Assembly: GCA_958296135.2 (NCBI GenBank)
Contig: CATQHZ020000001.1
Location: 1,248,001-1,312,000 of the forward strand
Direction of reading: 5' to 3'
Length of the DNA: 64,000 bases
DNA from: an uncultured Poribacteria bacterium
Lineage (GTDB): Bacteria; Poribacteria; WGA-4E; WGA-3G
Part shown: positions 1 through 9,240 of the stretch, piece after piece
Position numbering within the stretch: position 1 is the first letter of the stretch
How the letters are laid out: every line of letters starts with the position of its first letter
Made by a program: the position numbers and the translations under genes
The notes under the pieces: generated by a model
Told to the model about the DNA's origin: nothing
What the model saw: the letters and a program-made list of their open reading frames with translations, nothing else
Database searches by the model: none

Positions 1-404
1 CAACCGCCGAGGTTCCACCAGTATTCTAACGACGGTTTGAGTTTCTCCATGCGCGGCGGATGGTCTTCAAGGGCCTGCCCGCGGGCTTGCATCAGGCCTT
101 GGCACCGAAACATGATCAGGAATCCTTCTGCGCCGCTAGTCTTATTGCCGCGCACCTCGAAGGTGTATTCGCTCCATGCGTCATCCCAGAACTCATCTGC
201 GACGACGCTCATGCAGTTCGGGGTATTCTGGAGTTGATGGTATTCATCGCTTTTGAATTCCCATTCTCCAAAAAGCGGGACCCATTTCTTCTCGGATTCT
301 TTCGCGTCGTCGAAGTTATCCTCGAAATAGGTTTGCGCGATAGCCACCGCCGCGATGCCGATAGTCATGGCACATAAGGCGATGAATAGATTACGTATTT
401 TCAT
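1..404 (-). CDS. Secreted protein with a DUF1080/concanavalin-like domain (partial, runs off the window start)
   Basis: Manual translation from ATG 404: MKIRNLFIALCAMTIGIAAVAIAQTYFEDNFDD...WVPLFGEW...YTFEVRGNKTSGAEGFLIMFR. Signal peptide present; GGAG upstream. Confidence 0.7.
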   Translation of the reverse strand, partial: MKIRNLFIALCAMTIGIAAVAIAQTYFEDNFDDAKESEKKWVPLFGEWEFKSDEYHQLQNTPNCMSVVADEFWDDAWSEYTFEVRGNKTSGAEGFLIMFRCQGLMQARGQALEDHPPRMEKLKPSLEYWWNLGG

Positions 405-548
405 GATAAAAATCTCCTGCATATTTATGGATGGCTGTGAACCACCCCGTGCGGCATGGCGGGGGAAACCCTCGCCCTACGGTATGGGATGGCATCGTCC
501 ATCCGTGCAATTGTGATATGGACAGTTATAGAAATCTGTCCTGACAGT

Positions 549-2165
549 CTAATGATTCAGCGAAAACTCTGCTGAATTGAGCAAAACCCAGTAGATGTCT
601 TCGTAAGCCAAATCTTTGTTACGATACAAACTCCGTTCTAAGTAGCGTTGGAAATAGGTTTTCTCTTTCGTTGTCGGCGGTCGCGAGAGGACGGTGAGGT
701 AGATATACTCCAGCCGCTCCATCGGTTCGCGCCATTTTTCTAGTACGTAGTGGATGAAGCTGCCGCGCGTGTCGTGGTTTGCGCTGTCGTTGACGAGCGT
801 GCCGTTAATCATCATGAGAGCCTGCGGGACGGTGCCGTTGAACGCCTCAATTTCTTCCATCTCGCCGTTGTTCAGCAGGAAGAGGAACCGATTCAAGTGC
901 TGTCGTTTCATCGCCGCCAGTTGTCCACGGTTGCGCCGTTTTTGGAGTCTCTCAAACCCTGTTGCTTGCAGCATGGAGTGGAAAAACTGTTCTGCGCTGA
1001 GCGGCTTCACATACGCGTGCGAGTAATAGAGTTCATCGTCCTTGTTGCTCTTATTCGTCTCGGAGGTGCGTTGATACGCCTCCGAATTGAGGATAGTCCG
1101 CATGAGACTCTGGAGATTATAGCCGTGGATGACGAAATCTTCTGCGAGCCATTCTAGCAGTTGTGGGTTCGTCGGCTGGTTTTCCTCGCCGAACCCGTCC
1201 AGTGGTTCGACAAAGGCGCGGCCCATGAAGTGTTTCCAGATACGATTGACGATTGCCTTACTGAAGTAGGGATTCGTCTTATCGGTTATCCACTGCGCGA
1301 GTGCTGCCCGCTTTTTGCGGCGCGGTCCTTTGTATTCGGTGCCGTCTAGGAACCGCGGCGGAATGGCTTCGTTTGTGCCTTCCACCCAAATCGCGCCTTC
1401 CTCCTTGTTTATCAGGCGGTAGTCCATCATCCTCTCTTGGGCAGCGTCATCCATTTTCATTTTTTTGCGTTCGATGTCTATGCCGTTGAAGAAGGCGGCG
1501 ATGCCGTAGAAGTCGGTCTGCCGCCACGCTTCTGTCTTGTGGTCGTGGCATTCGGCGCACTGCATCGGGAGTCCCAAAAAGAGGCGCGTGGACTGTGCGG
1601 TGAGGAAGACGGGCGATCTTTCGTATCGCTGGATGTAGTTTGTCGCCTTGTTCTCCGCCAAAACGCCTTCGGCTGCGATAAGTTCGGCGACGAACTGGTT
1701 GTAGGGCATATTGGCTGCGAGTGCCTCTCTCACCCATTCGGTTAATCCTTTGCGCCGTTCGTCGCCATCTGCGCGCCGTCCGATGAGCCAGTTTACCCAG
1801 AGGCCGCTCCAATAGTCAAGGTATGCCTCGCTCTCAAGCAGCCGTTCGATTTTCTTGGCGCGCTTGTTGGGTGAGCCGTCTCGGATAAAATCTGTCACTT
1901 CTTCGGGCAGCGGGATTTTTCCGGTCAGATCCAAGTGTACGCGGCGCAGGAATTCTGCATCTTTGGATTGCTTGGAAGGTTGTATCCGCTCGCGTTTTAG
2001 CACGGCATCAATGTGCCGGTTGAGGTGCTTGGTGCTTGATGGCACGTGCCGCGTCGCCGTAGACGGGACTTTGGTGCAATTCAGTGCCAAAAAGGCGAAA
2101 GCGAGCAGAATGGCACTGTGGCCCACTCTCTTGCTGTGGCCCACTCTCTTGCTGTGGAAAGTCAC
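549..2165 (-). CDS. DUF1549/DUF1553 (PSCyt2/PSD1) domain protein
   Basis: Motifs FLRRVHLDLTGKIP, QCAECHDH, NPYFSKAIVNRIWKHFMGR, QALMMING. Confidence 0.93.
   Translation of the reverse strand: MTFHSKRVGHSKRVGHSAILLAFAFLALNCTKVPSTATRHVPSSTKHLNRHIDAVLKRERIQPSKQSKDAEFLRRVHLDLTGKIPLPEEVTDFIRDGSPNKRAKKIERLLESEAYLDYWSGLWVNWLIGRRADGDERRKGLTEWVREALAANMPYNQFVAELIAAEGVLAENKATNYIQRYERSPVFLTAQSTRLFLGLPMQCAECHDHKTEAWRQTDFYGIAAFFNGIDIERKKMKMDDAAQERMMDYRLINKEEGAIWVEGTNEAIPPRFLDGTEYKGPRRKKRAALAQWITDKTNPYFSKAIVNRIWKHFMGRAFVEPLDGFGEENQPTNPQLLEWLAEDFVIHGYNLQSLMRTILNSEAYQRTSETNKSNKDDELYYSHAYVKPLSAEQFFHSMLQATGFERLQKRRNRGQLAAMKRQHLNRFLFLLNNGEMEEIEAFNGTVPQALMMINGTLVNDSANHDTRGSFIHYVLEKWREPMERLEYIYLTVLSRPPTTKEKTYFQRYLERSLYRNKDLAYEDIYWVLLNSAEFSLNH
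2116..2157. repeat. 18-bp in-frame tandem repeat (about 2.3 copies) at the N-terminus of the DUF1549 gene
   Basis: CTGTGGCCCACTCTCTTG x2 plus CTGTGG; encodes HSKRVG-HSKRVG-HS. Confidence 0.9.
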
Positions 2166-2266
2166 GATGGATGAACCTCTTCGCTAGGACTTACGCAGAA
2201 TTGAATTGCGTCATTCCTGGTTTTTTTTAAGTTTAACCTATTCTTTGCGCGATGTCAAGGAAAAGC

Positions 2267-3319
2267 CTAATTCCATCGAACGCCGGTTGGAATGATGCCG
2301 ACATCTTCGCCGCGCTGCATCGCTTCGGCTGCATCGATAATGCTCGCCAGATCGTGCTGCGGTTCAAAACCGAGCAATCTTCTGATTTTGCTCAGGTCAA
2401 ACTCAAAGTAGTTTGCAGTCGGCATCTGCACCTCCACTGCTTCCAGATAATACCGTCTGCACAGATAGGGGATGATTTCCTCGTAATCGAAGAGCCCCTT
2501 CCCGCCGAGGGTGAATTCCTCCCCGATGGCGGCATCCTTCTCCAGCCCGAGTATTAGCCCTTGGACGATGTCACGGATATCGGTGTAATGCTCTTTATAG
2601 GCGCGGCCGTCTGGGCTGAGTTTTTTGACAAATTTCTCTTCGCCGTTCCACCCGGCTCTCACCATGTGCGCCGCGACGATGTCAAGCGGCCGGTCTCCCC
2701 TGTAATTCTTGTAGCGTTGATAGAGGGGGCTCAAGATGAACTGCTTCGGCATGCCTTCTTCGTTGAGGAATTCGCTGGGTTCAATCACCGTTGTGAAGCG
2801 GAAGACGGTAGTGGGGATGCCGTATTGGTGGTGATACGACATGCATAGTTCCTCGCCAATCCATTTCGTAAGGAAGTAGGGCATCGCGTGGTATTTTGCC
2901 ACCATTTCCTCGGTTATCGGCTCCTCGAAAATCCGCCATTTTTCGGTAACCTCCCAGTAAATCGCTTCGGTGCAGGCATAGACGAGGCGATGGATGTTGG
3001 GGTTGAACTCGCGGATACACTCAAGCAGGTTGAGCGTGCCCATGCCGTTAATAGCGAGATAGTCGCGGTTGTTGAAAGGCCCGCCGAATGCGGCGGCGAT
3101 GTGGTAGATAGCATCAACGCCTTCCACAGCGTTTTTGACATCCTCGTATTCGCGCAGATCGCCGAGCACCGTCTCGACGCGTTCGTATCCATCTAGGCGG
3201 TTGACGCGGTGGATATCGCCGGGATAGACGAAGCTGCGGATGTCGTGTCCTTTTTCTAATAATTTTCTGACAAGATTCGATCCGATGCGGCCTGTGCCGC
3301 CGGTGACTAAGATTTTCAT
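2267..3319 (-). CDS. NAD-dependent epimerase/dehydratase (extended SDR)
   Basis: N-terminal LVTGGTGRIG; YFLTK (YxxxK). Confidence 0.92.
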   Translation of the reverse strand: MKILVTGGTGRIGSNLVRKLLEKGHDIRSFVYPGDIHRVNRLDGYERVETVLGDLREYEDVKNAVEGVDAIYHIAAAFGGPFNNRDYLAINGMGTLNLLECIREFNPNIHRLVYACTEAIYWEVTEKWRIFEEPITEEMVAKYHAMPYFLTKWIGEELCMSYHHQYGIPTTVFRFTTVIEPSEFLNEEGMPKQFILSPLYQRYKNYRGDRPLDIVAAHMVRAGWNGEEKFVKKLSPDGRAYKEHYTDIRDIVQGLILGLEKDAAIGEEFTLGGKGLFDYEEIIPYLCRRYYLEAVEVQMPTANYFEFDLSKIRRLLGFEPQHDLASIIDAAEAMQRGEDVGIIPTGVRWN

Positions 3320-3537
3320 TTGTTTGCTCCTTTTCTGTCAGGCGTTAACTGATTAACTAGTGTTGGTTTGCCTGCCCAAACGTCAGCGTTCGCCTCCATA
3401 AAAAGGAGCTGATTAAAGTCAGTTTCACTCACGGTGAACCGCTGATATTTCGTCCTTTCTATTTTGCGGCAGTTGGCTTCATGCTCAGATGGGCACGCAT
3501 ACAACCTATTTGCGTCATCCAACAGCAATTTCTTCAC
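3316..3537 (-). CDS. Small hypothetical protein or gene remnant
   Basis: 73-aa ORF, AAGGA before GTG, stop overlaps the downstream ATG; no recognisable motif. Confidence 0.4.
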   Translation of the reverse strand: MKKLLLDDANRLYACPSEHEANCRKIERTKYQRFTVSETDFNQLLFMEANADVWAGKPTLVNQLTPDRKGANK

Positions 3538-3574
3538 TTTAGTTTCCTTGCGGGCTAGCGTTAGTCCTGATACG

Positions 3575-3779
3575 CACCTATCGGGACAAGGATGTCCCTC
3601 CTACCGAAAAGGCCTATCGGGACCAGGAGGTCCCTCCTACCGCATGTGCACCTAGCGGGACCGGGAGGTTTCTCCTACATCGAGACCAGGAGGTTTCTCC
3701 TATGGAATGCTCACCTATCGAGACCAGGAGGTCCCTCCTACGGAATGTGCACCTATCGAGACCGGGAGGTCTCTCCTAC
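3575..3779. repeat. Cluster of six GTAG-family REP-like palindromes
   Basis: Units like CACCTATCGRGACCRGGAGGTYYCTCCTAC (reverse complement GTAGGAGGGACCTCCTGGTCCCGAT) with short, related spacers. Confidence 0.85.
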
Positions 3780-3793
3780 TGAAGGCACTGCGC

Positions 3794-4255
3794 TCAGAAA
3801 TAGGTTTGCTCGCCGCCGTAATGACGTTCTGCCTTCGGGCGTTCGTCAAATTGCCACGGCCAGTTGACAGGAATAATGCCCTCGTCAAAATAGGTGTCGG
3901 TTATCTGCCAGAATTGCAGGCGCGGGTAATGCCTACCGTTATGTGCCAGTGTGCCTTCTTCTTCAGCAAGGTTTCGCATGCCGCGCGTGACAGGATGCAA
4001 GGTGATGAAAATGCCGATGGCGGCGTTTGCGTCTCGCATCGCTGTGCGGAAGGCTCGCACCTGATTCAGGTTCAAACTCTTCCCGGATTTTACCTCTGCA
4101 ATGATAGGCAATTTCGTTTGCGCGCCCTCAGCGAGGAAGATGTTATAGTTGCGTCCGCTGTTGTAAGGCGGATCGAGATAACATATATGGTAGCTGCCAC
4201 TTTCCATCTCTCGCATGACATTGAGGTTGTCGCCGAAGTAAAGTGCGTTTTTCAT
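3794..4255 (-). pseudogene. Internally deleted DNA methyltransferase/Mrr-like fusion
   Basis: YFGDNL...DPPYNSGRNY joined directly to AEVKSG...GIFITL...YPRLQFWQI; the paralog at 26662-28150 has about 340 more residues between these segments. Confidence 0.8.
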
Positions 4256-4290
4256 GAGTTATCCCAGATGCGGGTGATGCGTCTCACCAC

Positions 4291-5018
4291 TGTAGGCGGC
4301 CTCTCTCTACCGCGGAAACCGAAATCGCTTTGTTGGGAACACTAATCCTGCTGCGTTGCCTCGTTGCGTTTTTCGGCGGGGGTGGGTTCGGTGAAATCGT
4401 CGCCGGCGGCTTCGGCTGTCCGTCGGCGTGCTTCCCATTCAGCCCACTCACGGTTCGCAAGTTCTCTGCCGCGTGCTTCACCGATTGCCTCGCCGATTGC
4501 CTCGCGTATCTTCTGCCGCCGCTCAATCTGCTCCTTGATTAAACCGTATAAAATCATCGGAACCTCCACAAATAAAAATAAAATCAGAACGGGAATAGCC
4601 AGTGCCGTTGGAATACATCCCGTGGTATCAACGACAATCGCCCGCAATTGTAGGCGGCATCTTTCTACCGCGGAAACCGAAATCGCTTTGTTGGGAGCAC
4701 TAATCCTGCTGCGTTGCCTCGTTGCGTTTTTCGGCGGGGGTGGGTTCGGTGAAATCGTCGCCAGCGGCTTCGGCTGTCCGTCGGCGTGTTTCCCATTCAG
4801 CCCACTCACGGTTCGCAAGTTCTCTGCCGCGTGCTTCGCCGCGTGCTTCACCGATTGCTTCGCCGATTGCCTCGCGTATCTTCTGCCGCCGCTCAATCTG
4901 CTCCTTGATTAAACCGTATAAAATCATCGGAACCTCCACAAATAAAAATAAAATCAGAACGGGAATAGCCAGTGCCGTTGGAATACATCCCGTGGTATCA
5001 ACGACAATCGCCCGCAAT
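4291..5018. repeat. Direct tandem duplication (358 bp at 4291-4648; 370 bp at 4649-5018)
   Basis: Near-identical copies that differ by a few substitutions and one 12-bp repeat unit. Confidence 0.95.
4342..4557 (-). CDS. Stand-alone 71-aa copy of the C-terminal module of the upstream membrane protein
   Basis: GGAGG-TTCCG-ATG; MILYGLIKEQIERRQKIREAIGEAIGEARGRELANREWAEWEARRRTAEAAGDDFTEPTP... Confidence 0.65.
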   Translation of the reverse strand: MILYGLIKEQIERRQKIREAIGEAIGEARGRELANREWAEWEARRRTAEAAGDDFTEPTPAEKRNEATQQD

Positions 5019-5182
5019 GTCTCATAGCCGGTCCAGCCTTTTGACAAATGATAGTTAATTGCCATCCCGCCATAAACTGAGATAAGGGCACAAAAGATGA
5101 GTAGCGCGGTACCTACCCATCCGCGCCGAACACTGAAAAACTGCACCCGGTCTTTGTCTTTGGGCTGTTCATTCTGCTTCAT
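4700..5182 (-). CDS. Hypothetical 2-TM membrane protein (160 aa) with GEAI/GEAR repeats and a W-xx-W...F-x-EP tail; internal SD+ATG at 4927
   Basis: AGGAGGAGG before ATG 5182; two hydrophobic segments followed by a charged helical C-terminus. Confidence 0.85.
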   Translation of the reverse strand: MKQNEQPKDKDRVQFFSVRRGWVGTALLIFCALISVYGGMAINYHLSKGWTGYETLRAIVVDTTGCIPTALAIPVLILFLFVEVPMILYGLIKEQIERRQKIREAIGEAIGEARGEARGRELANREWAEWETRRRTAEAAGDDFTEPTPAEKRNEATQQD

Positions 5183-5219
5183 GCACTGTTTCCTCCTCCT
5201 CTCAATGGAGGTATATTGC

Positions 5220-5248
5220 ATTGTAACACAAAATGACGTGGATGTCAA
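5220..5248 (-). promoter_or_regulatory. Sigma70-type promoter for the 2-TM gene
   Basis: TTGACA-17 nt-TACAAT with a TG extension. Confidence 0.7.
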
Positions 5249-5364
5249 GTTTTTTAGACGAATGCAGCATTTTTTAGTTTTTAGTTGGTAGAGAGGAGGC
5301 GTTCTCGGTGGTTTTTAGCCGTGGGGCGCGGGAAAACCTGTCCCTCGCCCTGCTGTTCTCTCGC

Positions 5365-7002
5365 TCAGAAACTGATGGCGTATCCATCTGTTCTCGGGTC
5401 GGAGCCGCCGATGAGCGCGCCAGAGTCCGGGTGAACCGTGATAACTTGTGCACTGCCGGGCCCGCCCCAATCGTTGAGGATTTGGAGTTCGTGTCCCTTC
5501 TTCGCCAAACTTTCCTGTACCTCTGCCGGAAATCTGCCTTCTAATTGGAGGTGGTTGGAGCAGACGTGCGGAATTGTGGATTCCATCGGGTTCTGCAAAC
5601 TGCGCCAACGCGGTGCTGCGACTGCCTCTTGTGGTGTCATTCCGAAATCGAGGATGTGTGTCACGAGTTGCAGGTTCGTTTGCACTTGTGTATCTGCGCC
5701 GGGGGTACCGCACGCTAGCAATGGTTTCCCATCTTTCGTGACGATAACAGGATTCATCGTGTGGCGGACGCGCTTGCCCGGCATCAGGCAGTTGGGATGC
5801 CCTTCTTCTAAATGCCAATAAGTCATTCGGTTGTTCAGCAGGATGCCGGTATCGCCTGCGATGAGACTGGAGCCGAATCCGGATTGGATGCTCTGTAGCA
5901 CACAGACAAGATTTCCCGCCCGGTCTGCTGTGCAGAAGCATGTTGTATCCTCGTGTGCCTCTGGGCCGCCTGCGGGGACATCGATGGCTGCGGTGTCCCG
6001 CTTGATACGTTCTAACTGCTCTGCGGCATAAGTTTTGGACAACATGCCTTCCAACGGAATGTCCACCCAGCCCGGGTCTGCCATATATTTCTCCCGGTCG
6101 GCGAAGGCGAGTTTTTTCGCTTCCACCATCAGATGCACACTTTCAGCGGTGTTGCATCCAAGCTCTTGCATATTGAACAATTCGACGATGTTCAGTTCCT
6201 GCAACAGAATATGCCCGCTGGAATTGGGTGGCATCTCGTAGACTTCGTAGCCGCGGTAGTTGACGTGAATCGGTTCTGCCCAGTGCGCGTGGTAATTCCC
6301 CAGGTCATCGGCGGTTAGCAGGCCGTCGTGATGACGGCTAAATTCTCCGATGACTTTAGCGATTTCGCCTTCATAGAAAACCTTGCGTCCTGCTTGGGCG
6401 ATTTTCCGAAGCGTCGCGCCGAGGTTCTTATTATTGAGCAGTTCGCCGGGGGCAATCGGTTCGCCGTCCTTTGTGAAGATGGCGCGGCTATCCGGTTCAG
6501 AAGAGAAACGTGTGAGCTCCCCTCGGAGGCCGTTGGCCAGCCGATAACTGATCGGAAACCCTTCCTCGCAGAGGGAAACTGCGGGTTCAAAGACTTTCTC
6601 TAAGGCGAGCGTCCCGTAGCGTTCGTGCGCGAGGAGCCATCCATCAACGAGGCCGGGCACGGAGACGCTCCGCATCCCTTTCATCGGGATGCCGCCGGTG
6701 TTGAGATAGGTTTCGCGGGTGGCGGCGCGCGGGGCCGGACCTGTTGCATTCACCGCGGCGACTTGCCCGGTTTCGGCCCAGTAGATGAGGATAAACCCGT
6801 CGCCGCCGACCCCGGAGCCAGCGGGTTCAACTACGCCGAGTGCGGCGGCGGTTGCGATGGCGGCATCGACGGCGTTGCCGCCTGCCATCATCGTCTGGAT
6901 TCCGGCTTGCGAGGCGAGCGCGTGGCCAGAAGTGACTATCCCGTTTCTGCCCATCACGGATGGGCGAAACGCTGATGCGGTGATTCCATGTGGAGATTGC
7001 AT
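5365..7002 (-). CDS. ggt: Gamma-glutamyltransferase
   Basis: GGNAVDAAIA, SGVGGDGF, EMPPNSSG, DTT nucleophile site, GTPG, GGSDPR. Confidence 0.95.
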   Translation of the reverse strand: MQSPHGITASAFRPSVMGRNGIVTSGHALASQAGIQTMMAGGNAVDAAIATAAALGVVEPAGSGVGGDGFILIYWAETGQVAAVNATGPAPRAATRETYLNTGGIPMKGMRSVSVPGLVDGWLLAHERYGTLALEKVFEPAVSLCEEGFPISYRLANGLRGELTRFSSEPDSRAIFTKDGEPIAPGELLNNKNLGATLRKIAQAGRKVFYEGEIAKVIGEFSRHHDGLLTADDLGNYHAHWAEPIHVNYRGYEVYEMPPNSSGHILLQELNIVELFNMQELGCNTAESVHLMVEAKKLAFADREKYMADPGWVDIPLEGMLSKTYAAEQLERIKRDTAAIDVPAGGPEAHEDTTCFCTADRAGNLVCVLQSIQSGFGSSLIAGDTGILLNNRMTYWHLEEGHPNCLMPGKRVRHTMNPVIVTKDGKPLLACGTPGADTQVQTNLQLVTHILDFGMTPQEAVAAPRWRSLQNPMESTIPHVCSNHLQLEGRFPAEVQESLAKKGHELQILNDWGGPGSAQVITVHPDSGALIGGSDPRTDGYAISF

Positions 7003-7116
7003 GAGTTTTCTCCGTTGCATGTGGACAACTATAGAAATCTGTCCTTACGTTCTGGACTAGGCGGTTTTTCCTACCGGCGAGAACTAAATGGTTTTGTTTC
7101 CTTGCAAAAGTGCCAT

Positions 7117-7956
7117 TTAGTTCTCAATTTTTGGAACAGGTCGATATTCCACGAGAGTCGAGCTACCCACTATTAGGACGATGCGCACCATCAACTCTTT
7201 CCCCCAAGCATCGGTGAGGTGCAAATCTTCTCCAAAACTGAAACGGACTGGTTGCTGTTTCCCTCCGTTGATAGCGATGTTGGTTGCATAAAGATAGGTG
7301 CGATCGATTGGATCAAGGATGGGATTTAAACGTCCTGTCAGCCCCGGCAAGTAACCCGTATCACTAGGAAAGATAGCCGATCCGCCATTGGGCAAGGTTT
7401 GCAGCTTAATTGCAAGCGCGCCTTGCGCCGGCACCCATTCTTTTTTAAGATGGGCGGCGAAACCAGGGGCTGCCGCATATACCGTCATCGGCAAGGCCAT
7501 GGTATACAGATCTACATGCGCTTCACCAGCATCGTTAGTGGTAGCCAGGTGCCATGTTTTGTTTGGGAAAAGCACTAAGAGTTCTATTCCCGACTGCGGG
7601 GTGCCGTCGTGACAAACTCGGATAACCGCGGCATGCGATGTCGGATCTGTGACAGCTTCCAAGGTTTCTGCGGGGATTGAAGTGTCAATACTTTCTGTCT
7701 TGCCAAAACTGTTGCTCACGCGCACCAGGTCAAGCACATTGATAAGGCCATCGCGATTGACATCCAGATTCGGATCAGCGGACTGTCCAAAGGCAGTAGC
7801 GACTAACACCAAGTCTTGGATGTTAACAACCCCGTCTTTGTTGACATCCTCAGGCAGTGTTGAAGTGTCACAGTGCCCGAATGCAGTAAGAGGATTGAAG
7901 AATCCCCCTATGGCAAGGGAAGTGTATAGGATGAAATAAACCAGTTGTTTGAACAT
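7117..7956 (-). CDS. Secreted protein with a dockerin-type (EF-hand-like) domain and an uncharacterised C-terminal beta domain
   Basis: Signal peptide; DVNKDGVVNIQDLVLVA and DVNRDGLINVLDLVRV repeats. Confidence 0.85.
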   Translation of the reverse strand: MFKQLVYFILYTSLAIGGFFNPLTAFGHCDTSTLPEDVNKDGVVNIQDLVLVATAFGQSADPNLDVNRDGLINVLDLVRVSNSFGKTESIDTSIPAETLEAVTDPTSHAAVIRVCHDGTPQSGIELLVLFPNKTWHLATTNDAGEAHVDLYTMALPMTVYAAAPGFAAHLKKEWVPAQGALAIKLQTLPNGGSAIFPSDTGYLPGLTGRLNPILDPIDRTYLYATNIAINGGKQQPVRFSFGEDLHLTDAWGKELMVRIVLIVGSSTLVEYRPVPKIEN

Positions 7957-7995
7957 GCTAATTGATTAACCTCCTTAGAAGTTTGGTATAAGCGT

Positions 7996-9069
7996 TCAAT
8001 TGCCGAACATCTTCGCGGCGAATGCTTCGACATCAACGCGCGCGTGCGTTCGCGCCGATTCGTTGCATGCCTCCATCAGCACCCAGGTGCCGAGCGTTGT
8101 CTCCTGCATCCACTCCCGGTCGGTGCCGGTTGCTATTGCATCGGCGAATGCGTCAAATTGCAGCCTGTCGTCCTCAATGAGCCCGGCGTGCAGGTCCTGC
8201 AGGTTTACGTTTTCAACGCACGTCCCCGTTCGGAAGAGTTGTAGGTGTCCGGCATCTCGGCGCAGGTCTGCATTTTCGCCGTGGAATGTCCAATGTCCGC
8301 TCCAGCCGAAGGGAGATGCATGTCCTGCGCGCGTGCCGGCATAAGAGAACGGTGCGCCGTTGGCATACTCCATGAGCGCGTTGCCGCCGGCTGTTCCCCA
8401 TGCTTCAATCTGGCCGAGTTCCGGGTCGCGCCGGTTGTGTATGTGCGCCGTAACATACTTCGGCAATCCCTTCGCGGCGACGAGCTGGTCCAATTGGTGA
8501 CTCGTGCCTGCGTGGAAGAAGAGTCCGTCGAGGTATGCATCGGGCTGTCGGGAGTCGGGGCCGGTGAACAGATTCTGGCGGATCCAGAATCGGCATTCGC
8601 CAGCTAACATTTCGCCGATGCCGTCTTCTTCGCGGAGCCATTCGCGCATTTTCGCCGCGGCGGGGTTCCACCGCTTGTTTTGTCCTTGCACGAGCATGAG
8701 TTCCGGGTTCGCCTTGTGTGCCTGAATAATCTCTCGGAATTCTGTCTGTGTCGTCGCAATCGGTTTGACACAGAGGGTGTGCATGCCGAGGTTCAGGCTT
8801 TCAATGATGAGTTTGGCGTGCGCCGTTGTTGAGGCGTAAATAAGGCATGCTTGCGCGTCATGTTTCTCTTTCGCTTCGGTAATCGTGGTATAGATGCGCT
8901 CGGCGAGGTTCTCGGGGACATCGCCTTGAAGGTTTGCTACGCCTGCGCGCGCCGCCTCAAGGTTGATGTCTACGCATGCGACAGGTGTTAATCCGTTTGC
9001 GTTTATCTGTGCCTGCAGGCGGCCGTGCGCGAAATGGGTGCATCCGACGTGGATAGTGCGGATAGGCAT
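7996..9069 (-). CDS. Gfo/Idh/MocA family oxidoreductase (divergent)
   Basis: N-terminal Rossmann-like region, HTLCVKP (EKP variant), QNKRWNP, C-terminal ACNESAR. Confidence 0.8.
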   Translation of the reverse strand: MPIRTIHVGCTHFAHGRLQAQINANGLTPVACVDINLEAARAGVANLQGDVPENLAERIYTTITEAKEKHDAQACLIYASTTAHAKLIIESLNLGMHTLCVKPIATTQTEFREIIQAHKANPELMLVQGQNKRWNPAAAKMREWLREEDGIGEMLAGECRFWIRQNLFTGPDSRQPDAYLDGLFFHAGTSHQLDQLVAAKGLPKYVTAHIHNRRDPELGQIEAWGTAGGNALMEYANGAPFSYAGTRAGHASPFGWSGHWTFHGENADLRRDAGHLQLFRTGTCVENVNLQDLHAGLIEDDRLQFDAFADAIATGTDREWMQETTLGTWVLMEACNESARTHARVDVEAFAAKMFGN

Positions 9070-9132
9070 GTTTGAGTCTCCTTATCGGGCGGATCTGATG
9101 GCTGCTCTTACTATTGGTTGAGGCGTTGCGAA

Positions 9133-9240
9133 GGACAGTGGACATCTCTGCAGCGCGACTGCAGAGATGCCAACGTTAAAGGTAGCACGTTTGCTGTAGG
9201 CGTGCCCGTGGCGGCTCTCGCGCTACGCTCTGGGCCCGGT
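9133..9240. repeat. Dispersed structured intergenic element, copy 1
   Basis: GGACAGTGGACATCTCTGCAG-loop-CTGCAGAGATG...AACGTTAAAGGTAG...CTGTAGGCGTG; second copy at 16046-16176. Confidence 0.85.

Noticed and set aside
3575-3779. CRISPR array
   Set aside because: The repeats are degenerate, the spacers are only a few bp and similar to each other, the same unit is dispersed elsewhere, and no cas genes are present. It is a REP cluster.
4284-4912. ORF-track entries 4284-4526, 4342-4896 and 4364-4912
   Set aside because: They are alternate-frame or chimeric read-throughs across the tandem duplication and lack plausible RBSs.
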